Source of the DNA: Perna viridis
Lineage: Eukaryota
NCBI GenBank assembly: GCA_037379345.1
Contig: CM074522.1
Span: 5,890,001-5,954,000 of the forward strand
Length of the DNA stretch: 64,000 bases
Reading direction: 5' to 3'
Below, piece by piece: positions 40,601-55,600 of the stretch. Below the pieces are notes generated by a model. It was not told the DNA's origin. It saw only the letters and a list, made by a program, of their open reading frames with translations, and did not search any database. Made by a program: the position numbers and the translations under genes. Position 1 is the stretch's first letter. Each line of letters starts with the position of its first letter.

Positions 40601-43600
40601 GGGAGACCAACAGGGAGCTAACAACATATTCAATGGCACTGAGGTACCAGGCTACATGAACCAGTACTCTATTCAAGGTAAGACCACTAACTCCAGTAAG
40701 TTGTAACCCTCAATCATCCAGACTCTATCTTTTATCAGTTATAGCCAGGGTTCGTTCCATAGAGCTTTTTTTTATCAGTATATAGCCAGGGTTCATTCCA
40801 TAGAGCTTTTTTTATCAGTTTATAGCCAGGGTTCATTCCATAGAGCTTTTTTTATCAGTATATAGCCAGGGTTCATTCCATAGAGCTTTTTTTTATCAGT
40901 ATATAGCCAGGGTTCATTCCATAGAGCTTTTTTTATCAGTTTATAGCCAGGGTTCATTCCATAGAGCTTTTTTTTATCAGTATATAGCCAGGGTTCGTTC
41001 CATAGAGCTTTTTTTTATCAGTATATAGCCAGGGTTCGTTCCATAGAGCTTTTTTTATCAGTATATAGCCAGGGTTCGTTCCATAGAGCTTTTTTTATCA
41101 GTATATAGCCAGGGTTCATTTCATAGAGCTTTTTTTTATCAGTATATAGCCAGGGTTCGTTCCATAGAGCTTTTTTTATCAGTATATAGCCAGGGTTCAT
41201 TCCATAGAGCTTTTTTTTATCAGTATATAGCCAGGGTTCATTCCATAGAGCTTTTTTTATCAGTTTATAGCCAGGGTTCATTCTATAGAGCTTTTTTTAT
41301 CAGTATATAGCCAGGGTTCGTTCCATAGAGCTTTTTTATCAGTTTATAGCCAGGGTTCATTCCATAGAGCTTTTTTTTATCAGTTTATAGCCAGGGTTCG
41401 TTCCATAGAGCTTTTTTATCAGTATATAGCCAGGGTTCGTTCCATAGAGCTTTTTTATCAGTTTATAGCCAGGGTTCGTTCCATAGAAATTATTTGATTT
41501 TTGTGGGTCTTGGTCAGCTGGTCTTTAACTTAGACATACCATCAAATCAATTTCTTACAAGTTCCAGATATTTAAGTTCCTCAAATAAGATACTGTATTG
41601 TGGGTAATTTTTGCAGTGTCCTAATTTTGGCATATTGTAGCAGTCTGTCGAAAAACACCAAAATAAAGTCTGCAAAATGATTATTCTGAACTAAGGTACT
41701 TAGAGCACAACTTAGCATCAGACAAAATTATAATCACCAAAATTTGTGGCATACTTTTTTGCCTCACAATCCCAAATTTTACACCTGCCAAAATGTTAAA
41801 GGTATTGTGTTTCATGTTTGCTCAGCCATGAAGCTTCTTATTCTAAAACTTGTATGATTGTTGTTCCTAGGTCTTGGTGACAAGATGAAGCATGGAGACA
41901 AGTACTATGTCACAGTGACAGCCATCAACTTTGTTGATAAGGAAACCTATGCCTTCTCCACAGCCATTGGTATAGATTCCACAGCTCCTACATTTGGCAA
42001 GGTGATTGACCTTCATACAACCTACAGAGTTGATGTTACAAACAGTGATGTTACTTTACAGATGAATGCAAAGAAATGTGACACAGATGATGGTAGGGTT
42101 AAATTTGTGGTAGTTATTTTATATCAGTCTTAGTCTGGTTTCTTTATGTATTTTAAATTCAGTTTTTCCTCTAATCTCACTCAAACAGTGACCATTCAAA
42201 TTAGTTAAATGACAATTTTAAGGAATGTGAGTAATATATCAGTTAAAGAATGTGACAGAAATAGAATTAAATTAGGAAGAAATACACTACATAATCACCA
42301 ACCTAGTAAATTACTTTTTATAAGCTTTACCTCCCTTCAATGTCGTCTCTGTGGCCTTACCTCCCTTTAATGTCGTCTCAGTGGCCTTACCTCCCTTCAA
42401 TGTCATATCTGTGGCTTTACCTTCCTTTAATGTCATCAGTGTGGCCTTACATCCCTATAATATCATCTTTATGGCTTAATCTTTTTATTAATGTATGATG
42501 AATGAGCTTTCTCTTTTGTAGAATGTGATTTACTGGATGCTGTATGCTCTGAATCCATGACATCAGTGTCTGCCACCTGGCAACCATTTGTAGATCCTGA
42601 GTCTGGAGTGAGCAGGTAAGTTAGTTCTTTATATATTCGTTTAAATAATTCTTGTTTTTACTCTTTTGTTAAACATTGTTTGGTTTAGCCTGAAATTCAA
42701 TTTGCTTTGAGATTTAAACTTATATGATTGATGGATGTATTAAAAAAATGTCAACTCAAAATCTCTCAGACTTTTTGTCATGAACATTAAAATGCTTTCA
42801 GTGCAAAGTAATAATGAATTCGGAGTTTTGTTTCTGTAATAAGTAGAGGAAACATTAAAAAAAAATATCGCAGTGAAATATCTTACTCAAATTTTTTTCA
42901 CAGATACCAGATAGCTCTGGGTACGACCCTTGGTGGAGGTCAGATCAAACCATTCTTTGATATAGACTTGTCAGAGGGTGTTAGGTCATATACTATTGGT
43001 GGACTCAACCTTAAGGGCTACAGAGTGGTATGAACTTCTAAATAATATTGTACATAGTCAAAACTGTTAGTTATTTGGATTTTGTTGAGTAACCATGGGA
43101 ACCAAGATTCGAGCTGGATCAATGGAATATATTCCAAAGATAATGAATAGACAGGCAAAATAGACACACACAACAAAGAAAATGAAATAACCAAAATAAT
43201 ACATACAAAGTAGGATGACAAGATATTGGTGATACTACATGTATCAGAATAGTAACCAATATTTGGCTGTATTTAAGAACACTAAAAACAATCATGTTAC
43301 TGATAAATGAACTTATTCATTGTAATTGTTTGACAAAAATTGATCTCTTGAATTTCAGGTTTATGTGTCTATAAAAGGTATCAATGGAGCTGGACTGACC
43401 AGTGTAGCTACATCTAATGGACTGTACATGTCATATCTCAGTCAAGGCATGGATGCACTTAGTCATGTTGGAGTTTTTGATGTTCTAGAAAACTCCATTG
43501 GTGATGTGTAAGTGTAGATATTTTTTTACTGCTTGTATAGGGAAAAAGTATGGGAAAATTTTCCTGCCATTTTTTCCATAGTTCATTTGAACTAATTTTA

Positions 43601-46600
43601 CCTATCAGTATCTTAGAGTGACAAACTTTACAAACTTTTTGATGGTTATTTGTAAAGGTAATTAGGTATAAATACTTTGAAGAGTAATCAAAGGAACCAA
43701 GGTTATAGCGGTAATCAAAGAGTAATCAAGGGAACCAAGGTTATAGTGGTAATCAATGAGTAATCAAGGGAACCAAGGTTATAGCAGTAATCAAAGAGTA
43801 ATCAAAGGAACCAAGGTTATAACGGTAATCAAAAGAATGTAATCCAGGGACAAAGACCAGACATGGAAAACAGACACACACAACGAAGAACATAAAGTAA
43901 CTAAAATCATACATACAAAGTAACAAAAGTAAATGAGCAACTTGGACTCTCACTAAAAACTGGGAGCATGGACCAGGTGCACTGGTCCAATAAAATATCT
44001 GTGTTTTGCTTCTTTATGTGCTTCACTTTTTACAATTTATGCCTGATTCTTAGACAGGGAAGTATTTAAAGACATTGGCAATTCAAGTTAACATGGGAAC
44101 ATTAAAACTACAAAAAAAATTTTCAAAATCAAATTTTCCTTTCCTTTATTCTTTTTTCACATATTTTCGTCTATAGCCAATTCCAGTCTAGCGACGATAC
44201 ATACAGAGCATCATGGGATGTGTCAGGTGATCCCTGTCCTGCCACCAGCTATGAATGGAAGATCCAGAGGCTTGATGGTAAAGTGATCCAGGATTGGCTT
44301 CCCATGAATTGTAAGTAACTTATTGTCCATATCATCAGAGGTTCTTATTTGTTTTGGAAGGAACCTTCATTATTAGGATTGCCTTGGTCTCCATCTTTTA
44401 ATCGTCATGCAGATGATTTTGTTCCTTGGTAATTTTACTTATATTTACCACTTTGACCAAACGATGGTTGTACTGTTGCATTAATGGAAGCTAATATCAA
44501 CCACTGGTAATGCTGATGTAGCTTAACTGTATGTTAAGTCAGTTTGGACTGAGGAATAAACATGGAGTCATAAAGTTGTACTCATGTTATCATGGGCAGG
44601 ACCTTTATAACTAAACATAATCTAGAAAAATCTGTGTCAAGCATGACATGATGTCAGCAATTTTGAAGAAAACAATGTAATATGAACTTGAATATTGATA
44701 ACTAATAAATCAGATCTATTTATGTTTTTTTATAAAGGGTATATGGTGGCACAGTTGTTGCATTTCTTCATAACTGTTCCCTTTTTTTAATTTACTGTAT
44801 AGCAGGCAATTTTTGCTGGATGCTTATTTTGGCTTACTGAAGCAGTTTTTTCTAAAATAGCCAAATGTTTACTCTGGGCTAAAGTACCTAGTACACCACA
44901 TAATATCTCACAAAAATCTTTTGTATGCCTTTTTGCTTTGGTCATCTCAGGGTAGGGTACCAAGTCCTGGAGGTCATGGATTCAAACCTGTGCTGATTCA
45001 CACCAAAGACTTTAAAATTGGTAGTCACTCCTTCCTCAAACGCATGGTAATTAACTGAATGTAATGAAAACGGGTTGCTTTGAGTCAGAATAATGTTTCT
45101 GAATGAGGTGGCATGCTTACCTGCAGGCTCTTCCTTCTAGGAGCTAGTAACCAGCACAATAAAACTCTGGCTCAACATGTCTGACTAGTACAACACAGGT
45201 TGTGATTGATTGGTAAATCGTTCTTGTCCTGAACTGCCTGAAACATCTGCCATTAGTTGTTAAACCATAATCAATCAATCTAGAACCTATTTAATTGGAC
45301 TATCTATATGAATTGCTTTTTGTTTTCAGTGGAAACCAAGGGAATGACTGATGGTCTAGGCTTAGAGAATGGCAAGATGTACTACTCACTGGTTAAGGTG
45401 ACCAATGCCCTAAACTTCACATACATCTTACGATCAGATGGTGTCACAATAGAGAAGAACCCACTATTGCCTGGAAAGGTCTTTGACGGGGATATCAAAG
45501 GTTATGACTTGAACTTCTTGCCATCAAACAAGATTGTTTATGCTAACTGGGATGGATTTGGTCTGCCTGCTGATGCTATGAAACAAGTAGATGTTCAATC
45601 AGGTATTAGACTTATGTTAAATGCTTGTAAGGAGAGTTGATTTAATGTAGAAGGCCTGTGTGCAACAAGTTGAAGTTTTCTTTTAGTTCTTAGCAGTAAT
45701 TAGATATATATTTATCTTTGCATCATGGTGAAGGGTGATAATGTTGTTGACATGATGTGTTAATTATTTTTTATACGCCTGTTAAACTTGAGGTAGCCAT
45801 GATAGTGCCAAATCTTTTGTACATTTTTGGGGAGAGGGTGGTATTTGACAGGGCTCACAGTATTTCTAGTTGATCATATAAATTCATTACAAGCATAAGG
45901 ACAAGTTAAATGGTCAATCATGTGCTTAAAGATCTTTGTTACTGATAGTTGTTGCAGTTGACAACAATACAGGAAAAAAATTGCTTTTTTCATATAATGA
46001 TATTACTGAATTGACAATTCAGTGAATAATGTTCTAAAATCCACTTGTGAATCTCGATGATTTTAAGCACATATGAATGAATGAATTTGAATTATTCTTT
46101 TCAAAGTTGTCAAATTCAAAAGATATTTTCTGGTTTACCGTACATACTTTGTCATTATTTTTAAAAAGGTAACCCTGGTCTACAAGTTGATGAGACATTG
46201 CTTGCTGAACAGGATCCCAACCAGGAAGTTGTATTCTATGAAGTGGCTGTCGGAACTGACAGAAGATTCCCTAAAACCAGAGATGACGTCGTGCCATTTA
46301 CAAATGTCTGGTTGAACAAAACTGCAATATTTTATGACCTTGAGTTGACCCCTATTGCGGGTATCTACTATTTCACTGTGAAGGCATACAGTGCCTCATA
46401 TTCTGTTGCCACAGTAACATCCAATGGATTCAGAGTTGGATATGATGGTGGAGTCATAGGTTAGTTCCATTTTTTTGTGTTGGTGGCTTTTTTCATTTTA
46501 CTCCAACTGTTAAAATGTCAAACATACTTATAAAGTTAAAGTCATATTGAAATTTGAAGGTTGTGAGGTGTTTATTATTTCAAAGCACATATTGCCTTCA

Positions 46601-49600
46601 TTATAAAATAAAATTTGCCTCTGTATTCTAAACTATAGAAACTTGTCACTTTCATTTACAATTTGGGTACCTCACTAATATTTTTCTTGATTAATTTTGA
46701 AGTTGGTGACCTCGCATTAAAAAAGACTCATTGCTGTTACTTCATATAGTTTATAATTATGCCCTTGCTCAATAAGTTTGAGGCATATAGTGATGTTCAT
46801 GTCTGTCTGTTATGCTTTGGTTTCTGGATGTTCACTGTATGATTGCTCAAACTTTAACTCTATACATTCGACAATAAATTATGTCCACTATTAGTGATGC
46901 ATCTGTTGTATTTATTCTTCTGGAGTTACGATCTCTTTTTCAGTGCAAAAATAAAAACGACTGATTATCTGTGATGTCTATATCTTTTTTTCTTATATTT
47001 TACTTCAGCTGGATCTTTTGTCATGAATGACTTTGTGTCAACAGACAAATATCTGGATGTACAGTTTGAAGGCTTTGAATCACCATTAGACATACTTATG
47101 TATTATGTGGCTCTGTCAAACAATTCTGATGCCAACAGTACAACAAGCTGTAAACCATTTGTAAGTAGTTAACTCCTCTATCCAAGGGAGACAATATCTG
47201 TCTGCTTCCAAAGAAAAAAATGCACTGTATATTACATGAGAAGCCTACTAATGATTTTTAGAGAAGAGGGGAAGTAAAACAATGTTTTTATTTAATTTAT
47301 TCACTTTTATCAGTTCATTTTTACAAAAGGGAGGGAGGATTCCCTTTTGCATCATAATGTCATACTCCAGTTCCCATTGGGAAATTAGCTGCTAACCCAT
47401 ATTTTCAAAACGTAATGCCTTGTTATAAAGATTTGTTTGTAATAAAATAAACTAGATTACAGAAGAATGTTTCTAATAGCAGACTTACTTTGGGTGTTAT
47501 GGTACAGGTATTAGTCACTGTATGGATGTATTGTTTATGGATGCAAGTATTTAAGTATGCAGTAATAAATCAAACTTTAAAAAAAAAATCATATTTTTTT
47601 TTAGATTGATGGAGGTGATGCAACAGCAGAAGAAAAAAGTAGATTGTTCACAGAGTTTGCTGTAACTAATATTAACAAGTATACTGTGTACACACTGACA
47701 GGCCTCAATCTACAACAGGGGCAAACATATTATGTGTATGCTATGGGTAAGTTAATGATTGAACAGGTTTAAATGATATCAGGTATTTCAATTGTTCTGT
47801 TTTAAGTAGCAGACTTTATAAGTGATTCATGTATGTCAAAAACCAACTAAGTTCACCTATACTTCCTATTAAGATACAATAACAGACCACATAAACAGTC
47901 TTAATGTGTCTTAATTGGTTTTTGCATATAAAACTTGTATAGATTTTACATGAAATTTGCTTTTTACAATTGTTTTTGTTCTTGATTTGTTGCAAAGACT
48001 TACATAACGTAAAAAAATAGTATATCTAGATGAAAAAACTGTGTCTGTTAGCTTATTTATATTATCGTCAGTCGTTATAGTTGCATGGTATATATTTCTT
48101 TCTTCCAGGTACTGACAAGTCAGGTGCATGTGGTATGTCTGTGCACGAGTTCATTGTTGATGTCACACCTCCAGAAAGAGGCAGGGTTAAAACTGGACCA
48201 TACTTTGATATGGTACGATTTAGTATTTCTTAACATTAAACAAAACCTAATAATTATCAATATATACATTGCAACATAACCAAAAATTAGTGGGTATTAT
48301 ATTCTTGTATCTATTTCAGGAACTCAGAAATTCTTTTAAACCTTATTCAGATTTTAGGTGTCTGTAAAACTATGTTAAATTTTACCCTTATTGTTGGTCC
48401 TAAAATTACTAATAGTTTTCTTAATAAACTTTTAAGTTGGTGACTGGTATTAAAAAAAAAGACTAATCATAACCTTGTAAATATCCCACTGGCTGTCTGT
48501 TGAAAGGGGAGATAATCCATCTTTCACACATTTAGAACATAGTTATTTACATCTGTAGATCCTCTCACACTATTCCTCCATAATAAACATTTCATTGGAT
48601 TTTAATTAAAAGCTTTATATAAAGGATTGGTATCAGATATTTTTTTGAACTTGAGTTGTAAACAGTTGGTTTCCTCTAATTTGTTAGTAGTGTGGCCTAA
48701 AAATGTGTTACATTCCAATGTTAATCTTTCTATTCTATATTGTAGCCTGTGACATACACTGCAGATAATACATCAGTCTATGTGTATTGGGAGGGCTACA
48801 GAGATAATATATCTGACATTGAGAGTTACCAGGTATCACTATGGCGAAATTCATCATGTGCCATGAACGGAGATACCAAAATGGTGGTTGACTGGGTAAC
48901 ATTGTCCAGTAACTATACTGACTACAAGTTCATTGATTTATTTTTAAATGTAAGTACATGCATTGTTCATTGGCAGATCCAGGGGTTGCCACGGTATCTG
49001 GTTTGAAAATTTTGTGCATTTTGTTGACAAATAATAATCCTGATTCCCTGTTCATTTCTGGAACCCTTTTGCAAACTCTCTAAATACAGACATGTCAATA
49101 TACAATGGCTGTTGAATAAAGATTAATTTTGTTTGTATCAACTGTTTCAGATAGAACAGAAATATGAAGAAATGTTGTTTAGTTTAAACTCAATTCATAT
49201 GTGCTCTAAGGGAGCATTAATGGTTGTATTATCAGCCGGTTTCAGTATACATATAGCTATAAAAACTATCAATATCTGATTTGTGCAAGTAAAATAGGGA
49301 GCTAAAAAAATAACATTGTGACAGCATCATTCTCATATATACTTGGTAAATGCAATTGAGAACTACACCAGTCTTGGAAAACATTCACTAGTTTTGATAA
49401 TTATCAAATCTTAGCTTTTTCCAAGATAGGGATGGTCGAAACATGGCACCCAAATGTTTACAAAAGTGACGTGATCAGGTTATCAATACCCGACTATTTG
49501 ACCCAGACATTTTATACCATGACCCCCCTCAGACCCTTACCAAAGCGGGGCATTTTAACCCATACTTATTTCAGACCATGACATTACGAGAATACATAAG

Positions 49601-52600
49601 GACAGTTAAACTGTATATCTTAACAAATACTACTATTTTGGAAGTTTGGACCAGGGATGACAAAAAATATGAAAGAACCTAGGAGTTTAAATTCATATGT
49701 ATTGAGAGCATTTAAGGTTTTACCTTCCTCATGTTATTACCATAAAGTTTAGTAAGTACATGTATATTAGATTCAAAAACTGACCTGAGCACTGCAAAAC
49801 TAATTAACTTTTAGTCACTCAAGATCCATTGTAACTCAAATCAGAGTCATTAGATTTTATGACTTAATAACAGGGACAAATTCTTTTTAAGAGATTAGAC
49901 TAATTAAAAATAGATAATTTGCCTTCAATTATCTTTTCCTGGTGTCTTAAATGTGTTACACCGTTATGTAGGAGTCTGAGCCACTGACCGTTAAATTCAT
50001 CATCACCAACAAAGCAGGCCTATACATAACAGAAGAATCTGTTCCAGTACTAGTGGACCAAACACAGCCAAGTCCAGGAAAAGTCATTGATGGACATGAC
50101 TTTAAAACAGATAGAGTCTGGTTCAATTCACCAAGCCTTGTCAAAGGTAGGTACAAATTTATTTAACAAAATATATTCCTGAAATTTATAAAACTTGTAT
50201 TACAAAAATACAACATAGTAGTCATAATCTCACTATAGAGAGTGGTAGATTTAATGGTATATCCAGGGATAACAGAATTTGTACATTTTGTAATTTAAAT
50301 GATATAGAAGATGAGATGCATTTTATTCTCAAATGTCCAGTTTATCAAGGATTTAGAAACTTTTATTAAGCCTTACTATTGGAGAAGGCCATCTATGTTT
50401 AAATATATTCAGTTATTGAGTTCTAATAATGTAACAGAATTATGTAACATGAGAAAATTATATATTGTGAATAGTTTGTTGGTTGGTGTATTGTATTGGA
50501 GGGTACAAGTTTTTTTCTTTTCCCTGCTTTGGAGGAGGGGTATGATTGTTTTACCTACAGAATGACTTCTAACTTTCTCTGCAAACATTTGATATTTTGA
50601 CACAAAAATGCATTATAGAAAGATGGCTAAATATGTCCTTGAAAGAGTGCTAGACAGGAAATTAAATAGTCAGGGGATTAACATCCATAATGGAAAGAGT
50701 AATTAAGGGAACCAAGGTTATAGCGGTAATCAAAAGAATTTAATCCAGGGACAAAGACTAGACATGGCAAACAGACATGCGCAAAGAACATAGATTTGCA
50801 AAAGGAAATTGTGTATAGTAGTATGGTAGCTGTCGTTTTAAACAAAATGTGAAGTGAAATTCTTTTTTGTTTAGGTTCATTATTGCACCTTGCTACACCA
50901 TTTGGTCCGGCGTGTCCAAACCGTGCAATCTCACTTACCAATGACACAGGGTGGATGATACTTCAGCAGATAGGTTTCCGTGACCCAGCTGGGGCCAACT
51001 GGCCAATCAAAATGAGAACAGAGAATCTTGGTCAAGAAATTTACGATGATGAAATTTGGATCAAGATAGCTAAAGATACCAACTTAGATATGATATACTC
51101 GGGAGGTTATTATAGAAAAGCTGACTATGAGTTGGGAGGAGAGTGGCAGGTAATGGATTTTTTATGACTTATAGTACATGATTTTGTAGAGAACATTAGT
51201 AGTGGTTTTAGGGGTTAATTTGCATTTTTTCGATTAAATGCTCGTTAAGGGCTAAGTCAAATTTGATGAAATTCATTGGCATTCCTTATGTCAATGACTA
51301 AGACCATAGCCACAAAATTTGGAAATAGAAGTTAGAAAAGATACTTCCATATTTCTTTGGTCGCAAAAAGAGGTTTCATTCCAAGAATAAAGATTTCATT
51401 TATTGCACGTATACCTTTGTTATCATGTAGTTTCATGTAATTTACTGATCTTTCAATGTCACATTTCTTTTAGGCAACAATAAAAGCTGCAGCTGGTAAT
51501 GGATATGCTGCCACTTCGATGATGTTATGGGATGGACCACCAGATGGCATTATGCCATACAACTTTGTACCAGAGGCTGACTGGGCTTCAGATGTTTGTT
51601 ATTGCTGTTTTGAGAATCCTATCCCTGCTGTAAGTTTAGTTGTATTCAGCCCTAAGCGTTGAGAATCCTATCCCTATATTTACAGAGGGATTTCAATTTC
51701 CTCTGTCCTTCTCAATCACGAAATAATGTGAAAATTTGATTACTGCAAATATTTCTAGATATACAGAAGAGGATTCATTAAGCTGAAGGGGTATTTACAA
51801 AAATTAGATTAAAAAACAAAGGATTTCTCTTGAAAATCTGAAGTTTAAATTATTGCAATTCTGTTTAAATTTTTTCTACATTTATTATTGCAGTCATGTC
51901 CATGTAATTGTACAGACTATTTGGCTGGGAAGTTCGGTAATGGAACTATAGTAGTGCCATCTACACAAGCACCAGAAATCGTTGTCAATACAACATCATC
52001 ACCTTACAACATTGTAGAGAATCCAAAAGGTGGCGCTGTCACCTCTCCAATCGATCTGTCAAAACAACCAGCTAGGGCATCTTGTGGAATGGAAATTTTT
52101 GCTGGTTAGTTATGCATGGTCTATGTGTTGTTAAAAGAGTTTTCATGTCATGGAAGTTGGTTTACATGGATTATATTTATTATTCCTATAGCCTTGTTTA
52201 CAGTTAACATATCTGTCAAGAGTTTGTTTACTTACTGTGCCTACATAGCTGAAAAGAAGATACAAGTTTTTTGTTTAATTAATTCATTTTGGAAGTGTGA
52301 CATTGTTTTTGCCCTTGAAAATTTGAAATAAGTGCTCCATTTTTCATTGAATGTGGAGGTATAGAGACAAACTTTCAAAATTTATGATCATCCAAAGTTA
52401 TCTTTTACTGTATTTATTTTCTTTCAAAATTTCACACATATACTCTATCCAAAAACTATTCAGGCAAAACTTCATTGGAGTAAACCAGATATATTCCATT
52501 CCTTCTCTCCAGAATTGGAGAAAAGAATTGCATGAAATTTTGAGTTTTCATAATTCTGTCCACAAAAATTGTCTTGCTTGGCTTCCCTTAGCATTTAGCT

Positions 52601-55600
52601 ATATTTACAATCTCCCCCAGCCTGAAATCTTTATTCTGCTTCTGTTAATGAACTTGTGTATTTATAATTATAGGCCCTGACCCTCACATAGTAACTTGGT
52701 GTAGAGTGTTTAATGATACATTACCTCCACAAGCTGTTGAGGACATCCTAAACTTTGACCCGTCAGCTGATTACCACACCTACAAGATATCAGTAGGGCC
52801 AGAAGCAGATGATCCTGTCAATGTAAGTATTGCATTGATGATGATTTGTTGAAAGTGCAACAACCAAATGACAAACTAAGGGTGGCAATGTAGCCTGTAA
52901 TGTTTCTGAATTATCATGGGTTTTTAAACATGCATGAAGCACCTCCCGTCTGATTTTATATAGACTGCTACTTAAAATCTCAATATAAAGAACTCACATT
53001 ATGGAACTTTACTGATGTTGCTTTTTTTCAAAATTGCAAAAAAATTAAATGGACTATAATGATAAAATCAGATTAATCAACTCTTGCAATATTCTCTTAA
53101 TTGATAGTGCATAAGTGCAAGTATTTGTGGTTTATGTCAAACAATTAATTTTAAAGAATGAAATTAGTTGCTATTTCTGAATACAAAATACCAATCATAT
53201 ATAGAGCAAATTTTGATATGCTGTTCATGTGAAATGATGAGTTGAAGTCATTGTACAGGGAAACCTGTCTAAACCAAATCCTAAACAATCCAGGCACCTG
53301 TCTAAAACTAAATCCTAAACAATTCAGGCACCTGTCTAAACAAGACACTTTTTAAAGTCGCTTTTTATCAATTGTAATGTGTTTTGAACCTTGTTAAACC
53401 AAACACCTGTCTAAACCAACACATGTCTACCAGAGGTGTTTACTTGTACAGATTTTCCGTATTTTCTATTAATTTTGTCTGTACATTTGATAAAATTATA
53501 GAAAGTTCAGGATTTTATGGATCATTTCCATAGAAAACTGAAAAATATGGGTTGTCATCAATCAATATAAACAGATTTGGTCTACATCAAACACCTGTCT
53601 AACCAAACACCTGTCTAAACTGAACCTGACTAAACCAAACACCTGTCTACACCAAACCTGACTATACCAAACACCACTATAAACCGAACATGACTAAACC
53701 AAACACAACACCTGCCTAACCAAATACCTGTCTAAAACAAACACCTGTCTAAACCAAACACCTGTCTAAAACCAACACCTGTCTAAACTGAACCAACTTT
53801 TAAGTCCAAAAGAATTCAGTTTAAACAGGATTCACTGTATGTGAGTGAAGTTTTTAGGGGGCTAATTTCTTGTTTCTTTACTTTTTGCTAATAGGTATTG
53901 ATGCAGCTTCAATTATTTGTCATGAAGTATGAAAATAATTTTTTTTTTCCTTTTCAGCCCACATGGTGTTTCTATGTGTATGTAGATAATGTATTCTTCA
54001 GTAAAGTGTGTGGAATGAAACAACTGAGCACCGACACTAACCTTGTCTTCCATGTGTTCAATAAAAATAATATAATGCCACCAACGAACGACACATTCAA
54101 TCCATTCTCTACCAAAGCTTTCTTCAGGAATGTTATCCTCCCTCCAGCACCAGGAGCTTACTGTAGATATGGAGCCCCATTCCGAGGGGGAGAAAACCCT
54201 ATTGTAAAGTATGAGATTGGTATTGGTTCAACCTCTCTTGGAACTGAAGCGGTGCCATACCGAGAAATGATAACACCATGTTTGCCATGTTATAATTTCT
54301 GTTCGCGGTACAACTGTAATGCCACCTGTGATGCTGATTTACATGTCCTGTACCAGTTTGAGATGAAGGACTTCTATCTAAATGCAACCAGAAAGGAGGG
54401 CAATGAAACCCTTAGTGTTGATTATTATCTTACAGGTATTCTATATATATGTGTATATATAGAAAGGTCTGAAAAATTCCCAACGATGTAAGAACTGTCA
54501 AATTTGCTGGATTTTGTGCAGGCGGTGTTGCCATAGATGTCACAGTGGTACGAGTTTGAGTCCCGCAGAGGGAAGGACCAAAAGTTTGCATTGCAAATTT
54601 GACAGTTCTAACATCGTTGGGAATTTTTCAGACCTTTCTATACGTTTACATATCTTCCCTGTATCAATTTTTTTACTCCTCAGGTTTTATCCATTTCGTA
54701 GTGTAAATATTTTTTCCCCAGTGACCCACTCTTTTCTTTACATAATTTCATTAAACACCTTATAATGTTATTTGTGAAATTTTATGAAATCCTTTTAATT
54801 TTTTCAGGGTTTTTAAAACCTACTAAGACAAAACCTATGGAAAATCTAGATAATTTTTTTATATCTCAAAAACGAGCACATTGATCAATTTTTTTTTTTA
54901 TATTTACCTATAATTACCTATATGAAAGATCTCAATAGAATTTACAACCCTTTGAAATCCTTGTTATTCTGAAATAAAGTAGTGAACGTATTTAAATCAC
55001 GTTATTGTTGAATACAGTTAACAAAATACGTGTACATTAATTGTACCCATAATAAATCTGAGCCCTGTCTATACCAGACATTTTTCCTGTTATTTGTTTC
55101 AGTGTCATGTGAACCAATTTCAGACATTATTTTCTAACAGAATACGCTACTGTGAAAGTACTTGTATTCGTGGGTACCAATTTTTTTAGATTAAGAAACA
55201 ATTATCAGTTTGTAGATTGTTGAATTCGTGGATTTGACATCTCTATCATACAAATGAGAAATTTCCTCTTTGTTTGGAACCAAATTTCGAGGTTTACCAA
55301 ACCCACAAAAACCTCAAAAATTAGTTCCCCACGAATAATAATACTTTCACAGTATTTCAGATCTAGATTTTACAGTTATGTTTCTCTTTTTGCGGTTAAT
55401 TCATCAATTTCCACCATTGCTGTTTGAACTTGTCTTAACACAACAAAGCCTTGGGTCATAACTAGATTTGGTTGACAAGTTTTACTGTATCTACAATAAA
55501 ATTTTTACATCTCTTTATTTGTCCCATTTTAGTAAAAGCAGTATTAGGATCAGGAGCAACAGCTGTAGTATCATCTAATGGTTTTTATATTGATGAATCA

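Noticed and set aside
41018-41281. Repetitive ORF in the 40-bp array
   Set aside because: Unit length varies with the poly-T run and shifts frame, so it is non-coding.
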